Source: Eledone cirrhosa
Taxonomy: Eukaryota
Reading direction: 5' to 3'
NCBI GenBank assembly: GCA_964016885.1
Contig: OZ024745.1
Location: forward strand, 3,782,001 to 3,846,000
Length of the DNA: 64,000 nt
Position 1 is the stretch's first letter; every line of letters starts with the position of its first letter. This document shows, piece after piece, positions 1 through 11,878 of the stretch. The translations under genes were made by a program, and so were the position numbers. A model generated the notes under the pieces. That model was not told the DNA's origin and did no database searches. It worked only from the letters and a program-made list of their open reading frames with translations.

Positions 1-1372
1 TACTAGAAACTGTTATAAGCTGTCACCTGTCCCTAGTTCTGGTGTTCAGTCTAAACTACTAGAGACTGTTATAACCTGTCACCTGTCCCTAGTTCTGGTG
101 TTCAGTCTAAACTACTAGAAACTGTTATAAGCTGTCACCTGTCCCTATTTCTGGTGTTCAGTCTAAACTACTAGAAACTGTTATAAGCTGTCACCTGTCC
201 CTAGTTCTGGTGTTCAGTCTAAACTACTAGAGACTGTTATAACCTGTCACCTGTCCCTAGTTCTGGTGTTCAGTCTAAACTACTAGAAACTGTTATAAGC
301 TGTCACCTGTCCCTATTTCTGGTGTTCAGTCTAAACTACTAGAAACTGTTATAAGCTGTCACCTGTCCCTAGTTCTGGTGTTCAGTCTAAACTACTAGAG
401 ACTGTTATAACCTGGCACCTGTCCCTAGTTCTGGTGTTCAGTCTAAACTACTAGAGACTGTTATAAGCTGTCACCTGTCCCTATTTCTGGTGTTCAGTCT
501 AAACTACTAGAGACTGTTATAACCCGTCACCTGTCCCTAGTTCTGGTGTTCAGTCTAAACTACTAGAAACTGTTATAAGCTGTCACCTGTCCCTAGTTCT
601 GGTGTTCAGTCTGAACTACTAGAAACTGTTATAACCTGTCACCTGTCCCTAGTTCTGGTGTTCAGTCTAAACTACTAGAGACTGTTATAACCTGTCACCT
701 GTCCCTAGTTCTGGTGTTCAGTCTAAACTACTAGAGACTGTTATAACCTGTCACCTGTCCCTAGTTCTGGTGTTCAGTCTAAACTACTAGAGACTGTTAT
801 AACCTGTCACCTGTCCCTAGTTCTGGTGTTCAGTCTAAACTACTAGAGACTGTTATAACCTGTCACCTGTCACCTGTCCCTAGTTCTGGTGTTCAGTCTA
901 AACTACTAGAGACTGTTATAACCTGTCACCTGTCCCTAGTTCTGGTGTTCAGTCTAAACTAATAGAAACTGTTATAAGCTGTCACCTGTCCCTAGTTCTG
1001 GTGTTCAGTCTAAACTACTAGAGACTGTTATAAGCTGTCACCTGTCCCTATTTCTGGTGTTCAGTCTAAACTACTAGAAACTGTTATACCCTGTCACCTG
1101 TCCCTAGTTCTGGTGTTCAGTCTAAACTACTAGAGACTGTTATAACCTGTTACCTGTCCCTAGTTCTGGTGTTCAGTCTAAACTACTAGAGACTGTTATA
1201 ACCTGTCACCTGTCCCTAGTTCTGGTGTTCAGTCTAAACTACTAGAAACTGTTATAACCTGTCACCTGTCCCTAGTTCTGGTGTTCAGTCTAAACTACTA
1301 GAAACTGTTATAACCTGTCACCTGTCCCTAGTTCTGGTGTTCAGTCTAAACTACTAGAAACTGTTATAAGCT
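1..1372. repeat. 56-bp tandem minisatellite, ~24 copies, open at the window start
   Basis: Unit TACTAGA(A/G)ACTGTTATAA(G/C)CTGTCACCTGTCCCTA(G/T)TTCTGGTGTTCAGTCTAAAC repeats head-to-tail. One copy near 861-875 has a 7-bp internal duplication (TGTCACC). Confidence 0.98.
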
Positions 1373-1654
1373 GCAACAATGACTATTATAATGTAATAAA
1401 CAACTGTTGGTGAAGTTGGTTGTTTCAGTAGATTTGGTATAGTTTTAATGGAAAAACATCAGACAATAAGGATTACTTTTATAATTAATGTTGAACAGAG
1501 TAAAAGAGAGAGTAGCTGAAAATGTGTAAGAGAGAGAGAGAGAATGGAGAGGTGAAATAAAGGGAGAGAGACTATAGAGATTTGAAATAAAAAGAGATGT
1601 GTGAGAAAGAGAGAGTAGATGGAAAAAGCGAGTAAATAAATGTGAGAAAGAGAG

Positions 1655-3600
1655 AGAGGGAATATAGATGAGAAAGAGAGAGAGGGAATATAGATGAGAA
1701 AGAGGGAGAGAGAGTATAGATGTGAAAGAGGGCAAGAGAATATAGATGAGAAAGAGGGCAAGAGAGTATAGATGTGAAAGGAAAGAGAGTATAGATGTGA
1801 AAGAGGGAGAGAGAGTATAGATGTGAAAGAGGGAGAGAGAGTATAGATGTGAAAAAGAGAGAGAGAGTATAGATGTGAAAAAGAGAGAGAGAGTATAGAT
1901 GTGAAAAAGAGAGAGAGAGTATAGATGTGAAAGAGGGAGAGAGAGTATAGATGTGAAAGAGGGAGAGAGAGTATAGATGTGAAAGAGGGAGAGAGAGTAT
2001 AGATGTGAAAGAGGGAGAGAGAGTATAGATGTGAAAGAGAGAGAGAGAGTATAGATGTGAAAGAGAGAGAGAGAGTATAGATGTGAAAGAGAGAGAGAGA
2101 GTATAGATGTGAAAGAGAGAGAGAGAGTATAGATGTGAAAGAGAGAGAGAGAGTATAGATGTGAAAGAGGGAGAGAGAGTATAGATGTGAAAAAGAGAGA
2201 GAGAGTATAGATGTGAAAGAGGGAGGGAGAGTATAGATGTGAAAGAGGGAGAGAGAGTATAGATGTGAAAGAGGGAGAGAGAGTATAGATGTGAAAGAGA
2301 GAGAGAGAGTATAGATGTGAAAGAGGGAGAGAGAGTATAGATGTGAAAGAGGGAGAGAGAGAGTATAGATGTGAAAGAGGGAGAGAGAGAGTATAGATGT
2401 GAAAGAGGGAGAGATAGTATAGATGTGAAAAAGAGAGAGAGTATAGATGTGAAAGAGAGAGAGAGAGAGTATAGATGTGAAAGAGAGAGAGAGAGAGTAT
2501 ATATGTGAAAGAGAGAGAGAGAGTATAGATGTGAAAGAGGGAGAGAGAGTATAGATGTGAAAGAGGGAGAGAGAGTATAGATGTGAAAAAGAGAGAGAGA
2601 GTATAGATGTGAAAGAGAGAGAGAGAGAGTATAGATGTGAAAGAGAGAGAGAGAGAGTATAGATGTGAAAGAGAGAGAGAGAGTATAGATGTGAAAGAGG
2701 GAGAGAGAGTATAGATGTGAAAGAGAGAGAGAGAGAGTATAGATGTGAAAAAGAGAGAGAGAGTATAGATGTGAAAGAGAGAGAGAGAGTATAGATGTGA
2801 AAGAGAGAGAGAGAGTATAGATGTGAAAGAGAGAGAGTATAGATGTGAAAGAGAGAGAGTATAGATGTGAAAGAGAGAGAGAGTATAGATGTGAAAGAGA
2901 GAGAGAGTATAGATGTGAAAGAGAGAGAGAGAGTATAGATGTGAAAGAGGGAGAGAGAGTATAGATGTGAAAGAGAGAGAGAGAGTATAGATGTGAAAGA
3001 GGGAGAGTATAGATGTGAAAGAGGGAGAGAGAGTATAGATGTGAAAAAGAGAGAGAGAGTATAGATGTGAAAGAGAGAGAGAGAGAGTATAGATGTGAAA
3101 GAGAGAGAGAGAGTATAGATGTGAAAGAGAGAGAGAGAGTATAGATGTGAAAGAGGGAGAGAGAGTATAGATGTGAAAGAGAGAGAGAGAGAGTATAGAT
3201 GTGAAAAAGAGAGAGAGAGTATAGATGTGAAAGAGAGAGAGAGAGTATAGATGTGAAAGAGGGAGAGAGAGTATAGATGTGAAAGAGGGAGAGAGAGAGT
3301 ATAGATGTGAAAGAGGGAGAGAGAGTATAGATGTGAAAGAGAGAGAGTATAGATGTGAAAAAGAGAGAGAGTATAGATGTGAAAAAGAGAGAGAGAGTAT
3401 AGATGTGAAAGAGAGAGAGAGAGTATAGATGTGAAAGAGAGAGAGAAAGTATAGATGTGAAAGAGAGAGAGAGAGTATAGATGTGAAAGAGTGAGAGAGA
3501 GTATAGATGTGAAAGAGGGAGAGAGAGTATAGATGTGAAAAAGAGAGAGAGAGAGTATAGATGTGAAAAAGAGAGAGTGAATATAGATGAGGAAACGAGG
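1655..3600. repeat. AG-rich compound minisatellite, GTATAGATGTGAAA(GA)n, unit ~24-30 bp
   Basis: Constant core GTATAGATGTGAAA separated by variable (GA)n tracts, with degenerate units at both edges. It produces the spurious 740-aa minus-strand ORF. Confidence 0.97.
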
Positions 3601-3819
3601 GAGAGAGAGTGTGTATGATAAGGGAGACTAGAGAAGTAGAATTAGTAAATTTTAATGTTTCACACAAATTTTTTTTTTAAACTACAGAATCTTTCTATTA
3701 CAACAATATCATTTCCAATAATGATATAAACTATATTTCTATCAAATTGATCTGCAATTATGATCAGCTGTTGGAGTGTATTAGTACTAGGTATCCTTAT
3801 TTCTAGGTGACAAACTAGC

Positions 3820-3945
3820 AGAGTTATTAAAATGTCAGAATGCTTTGCGGTATTTGTTTCGGCTCTCAGTTCAAATGCTGCCAAGCTCAACTTTGCCTTT
3901 CATCCTTTTGAGGGCGATAAAAAAAAAGTACTGGGATTGATTTTT
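3820..3945 (+). mobile_element. Decayed SINE, family A (tRNA-like B-box plus CTTTGCCTTTCATCCTTT core)
   Basis: AGTTCAAATGCTGCCAAGCTCAACTTTGCCTTTCATCCTTTTGAGGGCGATAAAA...AGTACTGGG is homologous to copies at 6176, 7958, 11008, 16074 and 16241. It resembles abundant octopus SINEs (from recall). Confidence 0.7.
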
Positions 3946-4222
3946 CTTCTATATCGCATCCTCCCATTTTCTCTGGAAAAAATCTCCTGTCTTCAGACCT
4001 GGAGAAGGATGGGCTCTGCTGGGTTTGAAATAAAAATGTTGTATGACACCAACAACTCCTCCCCGAGGGGTTAGGGGACTATGCATGCATCCTTATTTTT
4101 AAACTAAGTGGGTATTAATGCTCTTCTTGTCCACTACATTTCTAGTTTCAATTCAATCTACTACTTACATATCCTGGAATAAGAAACATGATAATCAGAG
4201 ATCAAACCAAACAAAATATAGA

Positions 4223-4860
4223 GTCATCATCATTTCACGTCCATTTTACCATGCTAGCATGAGTCAGACAAGTTGACCTGCTTTTGTGAGATAAGTCAGA
4301 TCAGCTGATTGTGTCTGGCTCATAGAGAACTGTTTCTAGTTTGGTTTCTATGACTGGATGCCCTTCCTTAATGCCAACCACATTTACAGGGTGGACTGGG
4401 AGCTTTTTATCATAGCACCAGTACTACCATATTACAGGGTAGACAGTGCTTTTTATCATGGCACCAGTACTACCATCTTACAGGGTAGACTGGGTGCTTT
4501 TTATCATGGCACCAGTACTACCACTTTACAGGGTAGACTGGGTGCTTTTTATCATGGCACCAGTACTACCACCTTACAGGGTAGACTGGGTGCTTTTTAT
4601 CATGGCACCAGTACTACCACCTTACAGGGTAGACTGGGTGCTTTTTATCATGGCACCAGTACTACCACCTTACAGGGTAGACTGGGTGCTTTTTATCATG
4701 GCACCAGTACTACCACCTTACAGGGTTGACTGGGTGCTTTTTATCATGGCACCAGCACTACCATCTTACAGGGTAGACTGAGTGCTTTTCATCATGGTAC
4801 CAGCACTACCACTATACAGAATGAGCAGGGTGCATTTTATTATGGCACCAACATTACCAC
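4223..4860 (-). mobile_element. SINE-like family B copy with RTE-type (GAT)n tail and an internal 48-bp array
   Basis: CATCATCATTTCACGTCCATTTTACCATGCTAGCATG...GGATGCCCTTCCTTAATGCCAACCAC matches copies at 7528, 9297 and 20964, and the reverse-strand copy at 17555-17960. Confidence 0.75.
4383..4860. repeat. 48-bp tandem repeat, ~10 units, inside a family B element
   Basis: Unit TTACAGGGTAGACTGGGTGCTTTTTATCATGGCACCAGTACTACCACC gives the 16-aa periodicity in ORFs 4358 and 4446. Confidence 0.95.
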
Positions 4861-5324
4861 AATTATGACCCTATATATATTTTTTTCTTTGTGTGTGTGT
4901 ACGCATCCATGTCTGTGTTTATGTCACGTTAACAGTTCGATAGGATAAGGATCACTAAAATAAGTAGCAGTCTTGAAACTGTAACATCATCCTTCAAACA
5001 GGATGCCTCTATGCAATCTCCGGTGCTGGAGTTCGTCAGTAAACTACATTAAAAAATAGCTGATATTAAATTGCTTTGGAATTTCGAAAATTGAGTACAA
5101 TGTAGGTTGCTGTGTGAATCTAGAACAGGTTTCCTAAAATGTTCTAGTTTCTTTTGAATAAATTACTTTAAAATAGTTAAATTATACAAAATTATTTTCT
5201 AAATGAAGACATTTACTAAATTTGAAAGGATTCTGATGGTTCGTATTTTCATGAGTAGGATTAGAAATAAAACAGAGATTTTGAGTCATGAAGTGGGAAC
5301 TGTTTTGAGTAGGGCTGTAGTACT

Positions 5325-5685
5325 GGTTCCACAATAAAATGTACTCAGCCTACAATGGAATGTAAAAGTGCTGGTGTCACTATAAAATGCACCGCAGCTC
5401 ACTGTAAAATGGTAGCGCTGGCACCATAAAAAAGTCCACCCAACACACTTTGTAAAGCACCCACCCAGTACAGGTGTTAATGCTGGTGCTATCAGAAAAT
5501 GAATTCAGTACACACCATAAAGTTGTTTTAGGAAGAGCAACCAGCCGTAAAAACCATGCTAAACTGGAATATATAAACAAGATGCTGCTGTCTGCCTGGC
5601 CTGCCTGTCTAGCCTCAGAGTGTGATAACCTTGTTTAACAATTGCAAGCATGGAAAATAAACATAAAACAGTGATAATGATGATA
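5325..5685 (+). mobile_element. Degenerate family B copy with ~4 diverged 48-bp units
   Basis: Several GCTGG(T/C)(G/A)C..ATAAAA..CAC units, then TTAGGAAGAGCAACCAGCCGTAAAAACC and the tail GCAAGCATGGAAAAT...GATAATGATGATA. Confidence 0.55.
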
Positions 5686-6175
5686 GGTAACTTGAATATA
5701 AATTTTAGTTGATTAGGCCTTTCAAATAGGTAATTGTTAAATAACTATTGTTGACACCAGGTCGTGTTGTGCAAAGATAAAATCCTCATCTTTGGAATAT
5801 AAAGAGACATATTAAAAATATCTTGCCAGGTGTTGTAGCATCTCTGTTATCACTGCTCTGAATAGACCTGAATATCATGCACATTTGTGTGTGTACACAT
5901 GCACACATACACACACGTACACAGCCTGTATTGAAAAATAAAAACCAGTCTGTGACTGCATCATATTAAAAATTAAAGTCTATTCTAATACAGCAAATTT
6001 TCACAATTATTTATTCACTAGTAAAGATACATTTGAATTAATAAACCCTTGTTTAGATATTTTCTGCTGAATCATTACAAGAATTTAGTTAATAAACTGT
6101 CTTAATTACCAAAATAGTGTGATAAATTGGTAGTCGGATAGAAGTGTTGCAATATTTGTTCCAACTTTCTGCACA

Positions 6176-6262
6176 GTGAGTTCAAATTCCACTGAAGTTA
6201 ACTTTATCTTTCATTCTTTCGAAGAAGCTACAAAAAGTGCCAGTCTAGTACTGGGGTCGATT
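6176..6262 (+). mobile_element. Decayed SINE family A fragment
   Basis: GAGTTCAAATTCCACTGAAGTTAACTTTATCTTTCATTCTTTCG...AGTACTGGGGTCGAT. Confidence 0.65.
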
Positions 6263-6649
6263 CTTCTTCTATTATCTCTTTCTCTGGGAGAAATCTGCTG
6301 AGAGAGATGGGTTCTGCCAGATTTTAAAAATACCCAAGAAATGCCTTAAGTCACTACAACACCCCTACAACTCCACAAGGAGTTACAGGTCGATACATCT
6401 CTACCTACAATTCTCTACATACCAAAAAAGATTATGTTATATAATCATGCAGACACACAAACACATGTTTTGAATAAAGACCAAAAACCATAGAAAGCAC
6501 GTATAGTTATCACTGTCAATAACCAAGATTTTCATCCCTGTAAATTTGTTTTCAATATTTCCCCTTTATGATTGTTTAATAAATTAAAGTAACATTTAAA
6601 ATAGATATTTTGTTTCTATAATCACACAGTACACAGTGGTCAGAGGCCC

Positions 6650-6838
6650 TTGTCAACCAGAAACAATGTTTCCATTGGTCTTTCCATTGTTGATACTACC
6701 AGTTGCAACTCCTTGTAGAAAGGGCTATGTGAAATAAAGTGTCGTGCTCAAGTGACATTGCATATCACCCAGTCCAGAAATCAAACTCACAACCTCACGA
6801 CTGTGAATCCAATTCTGTAACCACTAAGTCAGCCACAC
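6650..6838 (-). mobile_element. Decayed tRNA-derived SINE (head region)
   Basis: The minus strand reads GTGGCTGACTTAGTGGTTACAGAATTGGATTCACAGTCGTGAGGTTGTGAGTTTGATTTCTGGACTGGG...CTTGAGCACGACACTTTATTTCAC. This has A-box-like and B-box-like motifs followed by the CTTGAGCAAGACACTT-like segment typical of many SINEs. Confidence 0.6.
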
Positions 6839-7527
6839 GCCTACACTCACTGGTTCATTCTAATTGTTGAGTAATGTAATTTCAATACAGTTTAAAGGTA
6901 AAAAAGAATGTAGGTTGGAGTTAATTAAATAGTTTTGATTATAAGAAAATATGATTGATTGGGTTTCTGTCTTATCACATCCATGTCAGTATCAATAATG
7001 TTGAACTGATCACGGTGATAACAAGTAAATATTGACTTGATGATATTGTTTTCCTGTTGCTTCACTGATTACTAGTTATGAACTGTGCCAAATCTCTTTA
7101 CAACCCCGTGTTGTTGACTTGTGGGATGTCAGGTGTTTCCAACGATACGTGCTCCAGTTGATTCAATCAACAGATGTACCCACGCTTAATGTAATTCTCA
7201 GGAAGATTTGATATCAGAATTAAGCTCTAAACCAGTATATCAACTATAATCCCAGGCTGATATTCTATCAATATTCAAAGACTAATTTGTGTCCACTGCA
7301 TCTGCTCTGGTCATTGTCATATAGATTAGGGACTCAGCACATTAGGGTTCAATACACAGTAGGAATTGGAATACAGACAGATTTGATTTAATGTATTAAC
7401 CCTAACCTTCCCACAAAGTTATTTCAATGAAGAACTGAAGCTGAATTGTAGATTCTCACATTATTAATTGTATCTATGAAGTCGTAGGGGCACCTTAGTG
7501 ATATACAGGGAGTCTTAGATATTTTAT

Positions 7528-7792
7528 TCATCATCATCACCGTTTTACGTCCATTTTTCCACGCTAGCATAGGTTAGACGGGTTGTCCTGTTGTGGGCAG
7601 TGTCCAGTCGGCTGACCATGTCTTGTTCATACAGGAACTGATTCTGGCTTGATTTCTACAGGTTCCTAACACCAACCTCATTTACAGTGAGTGCTGGGTG
7701 CTTTTTTTCCGTGGTGCCTACACGTCCACTTTACAGTGTGAGCTGGGTGGGTTTTTTTGCTGTGGCACCTCCATGACCACTTTGCAGTGGGA
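7528..7792 (-). mobile_element. Family B copy with ~2 internal 48-bp units
   Basis: TCATCATCATCACCGTTTTACGTCCATTTTTCCACGCTAGCATAGGTTAGACG...CCTAACACCAACC, then two TTTACAGTG...CTGGGTG units. Confidence 0.7.
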
Positions 7793-7957
7793 GGGGGTAG
7801 GGGCATATTGTTTATATGGTTCAGCTTCGGAAAAATATGGAACGCTTCACAAATTTGCGACAGAGCCCATCTCTTCTGGTCTGAATATATCTGATTTCTT
7901 TTAGAGAAGGAGAGAGAGAGAGAAAGAAGTAAGAGATATAGAGAAAAAAAAATCGAA

Positions 7958-8045
7958 GCCAGTACTTGACTGGTACTTTTTTTTTTTTTTAAATCGCTCT
8001 TGAAAGGATGAAAATTTAAAGTTGACCTCAGTGGAATTTGACCTC
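7958..8045 (-). mobile_element. Decayed SINE family A fragment
   Basis: CCAGTACTTGACTGGTACTTTT...GAAAGGATGAAA..TAAAGTTGACCTCAGTGGAATTTGA is the reverse complement of the family A core. Confidence 0.65.
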
Positions 8046-8339
8046 TGCTAATGTACCACCTATTGGTGTGTACCATAAGCACTTTTACATTTACAAAATG
8101 CACATGGAGAAAATGTAAATAACTCGTGAGTCTATAAAATGGTGAAGTTCTTCAAAGAAACTTTAACCAAAGAGTTCTGGATGGGATGGAACATAAAGTA
8201 AACGATAATGGAAAGATATCAACAGTTCCAACAGAGCAGACAAGTTTATAGTTTTATGAGGAAAGTTAGTTCCAAATGAACAGATTCTGCTTCTTCCTGT
8301 TCTACAAGTCAACACCTTAACAACATTGATAAACTATCA

Positions 8340-8645
8340 GCCAGTACACTCTGTAAAGTGGTTGGTGATGTTTTAGAAATATATGTGGTTTCACATGGAC
8401 AAAGTCTCTAATGAACAGTTGTTTCCCAGTCATAGAAAACTTGCCAAAGGGTGAGAACTCCTCAGCTGTACCAAAGATGTGACAACCCCACCTTGTGTTG
8501 GTGATCTACACAAACACCTAGTACACTATGAAGTAGTTGGTGAAAGGAAGGGCATCCAACCATAAAAAAAATCTGCCAAACAAAGGGTCAGAAGAACTCC
8601 TCAGCTATACCAAAGACATGACAACTTCCCTAGTGTCGGTGCCAT
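8340..8645 (+). mobile_element. Fragmented family B-related pieces, including a ~50-bp direct repeat (8454-8503 and 8592-8642)
   Basis: CCAGTACACTCTGTAAAGTGGTTGG at 8341 and AGGAAGGGCATCCA near 8545. AGAACTCCTCAGCT..ACCAAAGA..TGACAAC occurs twice and matches the reverse complement of 16793-16842. Confidence 0.5.
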
Positions 8646-8729
8646 AATATGCATTTAGTAGAGCTTAGGGTTGTAGGTCGGACCCCCGGCCCACCTGAAA
8701 GTCAGAAGCTCTACTCAAATACTGAGCAG

Positions 8730-8872
8730 ATTGTAACAACAATTCCATGCCAGCTCCTGTGCATCCTCCAAGGTGATGTTAAGCCTGCGGTATCTTCCCT
8801 GATGACATCTAGCCATCTGGTGCGAGGACCGTCATGTGGCCTCTTCCAGCCTGCAGCCACTACGTCGAACAA
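8730..8872 (-). pseudogene. RTE-type LINE ORF C-terminal fragment
   Basis: The minus strand translates as FDVVAAGWKRPHDGPRTRWLDVIRED, then (frameshift) RLNITLEDAQELAWN. This matches the 'GxRPRGRPRTRWxDxIxEDL...ExAxDR' C-terminus of RTE LINEs. Confidence 0.65.
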
Positions 8873-9296
8873 GTTTCAACACAAAATACTAAATTAGAAT
8901 AAAGACTGGCCTTTTGAAAAACAGAAATACAGCCAACCAGTATAGTGTCTTTTTTACATATATTTTGTTCTTTCCACACACAAAATATGCCATTAGAAAA
9001 TATAATGAAAGGAAACATTTTTAGACAACAGTTGGCAAGTAGAATACAGAGAAGAATTAAATTGTCTTCACTTCACTTCATGCCAACATCAACACAAGTG
9101 GCTTGTCAAAAAAAAAAAGACCATCTAGTAAATGGCAAATATATTTTGGATATTGCCCAACATGACCAAACTAAGGAATAGATGTATAACGATTAATACT
9201 ACTGTTGAATAGTGTTAGCCAGATTTATTCAAACATAGAATAGTTTGAAGAAAAGTCTGGGAGTGATCTCACAGTTTCAGTACCACATTACACTAC

Positions 9297-9580
9297 ATCA
9301 TCATTTAATATCCATTTTTCCATGCTAGCATGGGTTAGACGAGGTGTTCTGTTGTGACACTAGTCAGATCAGACCATGTTTTGCTCATACAGAACCCTTT
9401 CTGGTTTGGTTTCTGCTGCTGGATGCCTTTCCTAATGCCAACCACATTTACAGCATTGACTGGGTGCTTTTTATTGTGGTACCAAAACGACCAACTGACA
9501 GGGTACTTTTTGTTGTCACCAGCACAACCACTTTACAGGAAGGACCAGATGCTTTTTGTGTCACCAACATGATTACACCT
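9297..9580 (-). mobile_element. Family B copy with ~3 diverged 48-bp units
   Basis: CATCATCATTTAATATCCATTTTTCCATGCTAGCATGGGTTAGACG...CTGGATGCCTTTCCTAATGCCAACCACATTTACAG... Confidence 0.72.
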
Positions 9581-10031
9581 GTGCAGATTTCATTGGTCTC
9601 TCATAGGAGTTTTCTTAGTTGTTTAATGATAGATACCATGGAATTAATTTGAGAAAAAAAAACCTGAGACAAAAGGTGAAATAGAACATTATTTCCAAAT
9701 GACACCTATTTGTTGTTATATATAAATGGTAATGAAGTTTAACAATTTATATATTCATTTCCACAGCTACCATTCTTCCATAAATTTTGATATTTGCAAT
9801 TATTGAAGTGTTTTGTTTATTTCACCAGTAAATGTCCTTGATAATTTCTTATTGAAGCACAAGGCCTTCAACATCATTTGTATGTCTAGTCTTCCATTCT
9901 GGTATGGGTTGGACAGGATTTTTTGAGGCAAGGTTTTACAGCCAGATTCCCTTCTTGACACCAACCCTTTTAGTCACTTCTTACAACACACAGCAATACA
10001 ATGTACCTATTCTAAACTGGATACACACATC

Positions 10032-10093
10032 TATATATATATATATATATATATATACATACATACATACATACATACATACATACATACACA
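10032..10093. repeat. (TA)n(TACA)n compound microsatellite
   Basis: Read directly from the sequence. Confidence 0.95.
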
Positions 10094-11007
10094 TCAATAC
10101 AAAAAAAAACAGTTCCTAATTTAACCAACATTGCATCTCTCTACACATGTTTATAAAAGAATCTAAATGGAAGTGGTAACATTCATGCCTTTTCCAGGGT
10201 TAGTAATGTAAGGAAAACAGTTACAATGAGAACCAAATTTCAGACATGGTTCACCTCATATCTTCATTACTTGTAGATCAAACATAAATCCAATTTTTAT
10301 AGAGAAAATGGGTGTAGTATACAGGGCCAAATTTAATTGGGTGGGGCGGGGGCTATTGCTCCGGGCCCTCTGAAATTGGGTGTCCCACCACTAACAGCCG
10401 TAGTAATTTATTTGTGCCCTCAGCTGGCGTTTTAGTTTTAAGATGGTTAGAATTTTTGAATTTAATACCTGTATGTATAACTTTTCAATTCCAATTACTT
10501 GCACCAACCTAACTTTGATATTTGAGGGGGTTTGCTTTGTATTCTAATTTTTTGTGTATGAGGGACTACCCAAACCTGAAGTAGACCATTCATTTTGAAC
10601 TGTTTCACCTCCACATTTGAAAAGAGGGTAATAGCCCTGAAATATCATGTTGAAATATACTGGCTAAAACATTACTTTTGTTTTGTCATCATTTCACCTT
10701 TCTATTTTTCTACCACATTACACCAGATTTTTGAAACTTACTCATCTTTTCTTACATATCTCTTAATGTTTCAACAACAGTAGTCTTTCAGTCTCTAATT
10801 CAATAGAATCTTAAAAAGCACAAATAGAGATAGTTAAATACACAATGCTTAGTTTGTTCATCTGAACACTTGTCTTAGTCCTGGAAATATTTAATCCCCA
10901 GGTTAACTAATGACAATCAAGTGGATAGAAACAATAACTCCTTAAAAATAAACTTGTTTTTAGACCAAAATAATCAGTTTCTAAGCAACCAATCATTTGT
11001 GACATAA

Positions 11008-11202
11008 TAGTTTCTACTATAGGCACAAGGCCAGAAATTTTAGAGGGGAAGTCAATTAAATCGAGCCCAATGCATTACTGGTGATTTATTTTATCAACCT
11101 TGTAAGGAAGAAAGGCAAAGCTAACCTCGGCAGGATTTGAACTCAGATCGTAAAGGGAAGTAACTATGCTGCAAAGCATGGTGTCCAACACTGATACTGC
11201 CA
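11008..11202 (-). mobile_element. Near full-length SINE family A copy
   Basis: GTTTCTACTATAGGCACAAGGCCAGAAATT...GAAAGGCAAAGCTAACCTCGGCAGGATTTGAACTCAGA...GCAAAGCATGGTGTCC is closely similar to 16074-16445. Confidence 0.75.
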
Positions 11203-11560
11203 AAATATCTGGGTGATAGGACAGTTAAGCACCAGACTTGGATAACTTACAATAATTTCATCATTCAGTTCTGAGAACTCATCCTGTCAAAAACTGATTT
11301 TCACCACTCAAAGATTGTTAAAAGGAATACCAATAGTTTTTCTTATTATTATTCCTGGGAGGGTCATGGAGACAGAGTCCTGAGACATGTCCCCAGGGGC
11401 CCTGTCAGAAATTGTCTCCAATTGATTTTGCTGAATCCACAAGCATCTTGTTCAGAGTCTACGCCTGGATCTTCTGTCGGTTAGTTTGGCCCATAAAACC
11501 TGTCCAGCGATTCTTTCTTTAGACATTCAAACCATATGTATGTAGGATTGGAGCTGTAAC

Positions 11561-11732
11561 TGTAGCAGTAATATATATTCTTCGTAATTAAATGTATTTT
11601 CCTTCGGCGGAAGAAAAATGTTACGGAAGTAAATCGGCTGAAGTGTGAGCCAATCAAAACCTTCGGTGTAGCGATACAAGTAACTGGACTACTTAGACCA
11701 GAGAATGGAAGTTAAGACAGAAGACCAGTCTC
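11561..11732 (+). repeat. 5' LTR remnant (first ~172 bp only)
   Basis: Matches 15218-15389 with 5 substitutions. Similarity stops abruptly after GACCAGTCTC. Confidence 0.95.
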
Positions 11733-11785
11733 GGATAAAGGAGACAGGATCTCCTGTCTCCTTTATCCGACCTGTTACAAGAGCG

Positions 11786-11851
11786 GCGGCACGCTCTTGT
11801 AAACAGCCCTGTTCGTTTTCCATCCAGGGAAACAGATTTCAGGAGACCTGA
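11786..11851 (+). pseudogene. gag: gag C-terminal remnant (AARSCKQPCSFSIQGNRFQET*)
   Basis: Matches the 'ARxCxxPCSF...GN' end of the Cys/His motif in the gag of many invertebrate Gypsy elements, and lies directly upstream of the protease. Confidence 0.75.
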
Positions 11852-11878
11852 GCACGGCACAGTCTCCTCTGATGCTCA
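11827..11878 (+). promoter_or_regulatory. -1 ribosomal frameshift signal: G GGA AAC heptamer plus predicted H-type pseudoknot
   Basis: The heptamer (11827-11833) is in the gag frame and its -1 frame is the protease frame (11872-11827=45). After a 7-nt spacer, stem 1 is AGGAGAC/GTCTCCT and stem 2 is TGAGCA/TGCTCA. Confidence 0.8.

Noticed and set aside
1-1385. 56-bp unit as a tandemly repeated minus-strand micro-exon (CAG|...CAG|GTGA)
   Set aside because: The 49-nt segment has stops in all three frames in the terminal copy, and the 7-nt spacing is too short for introns.
1445-3667. 740-aa minus-strand ORF rich in S/L/H/F
   Set aside because: It is the translation of the (TC)n-rich minisatellite, which happens to lack stops on that strand. 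No domain features.
4358-4781. ORFs with 16-aa repeats (also 17512-17854)
   Set aside because: By-products of the 48-bp arrays inside family B elements.
6780-6838. tRNA gene
   Set aside because: Only degenerate A/B boxes with no cloverleaf, followed by SINE body sequence.
10322-10390. GC-rich CAGGGCC... segment resembling a hAT MITE end
   Set aside because: No matching second TIR or TSD could be identified.
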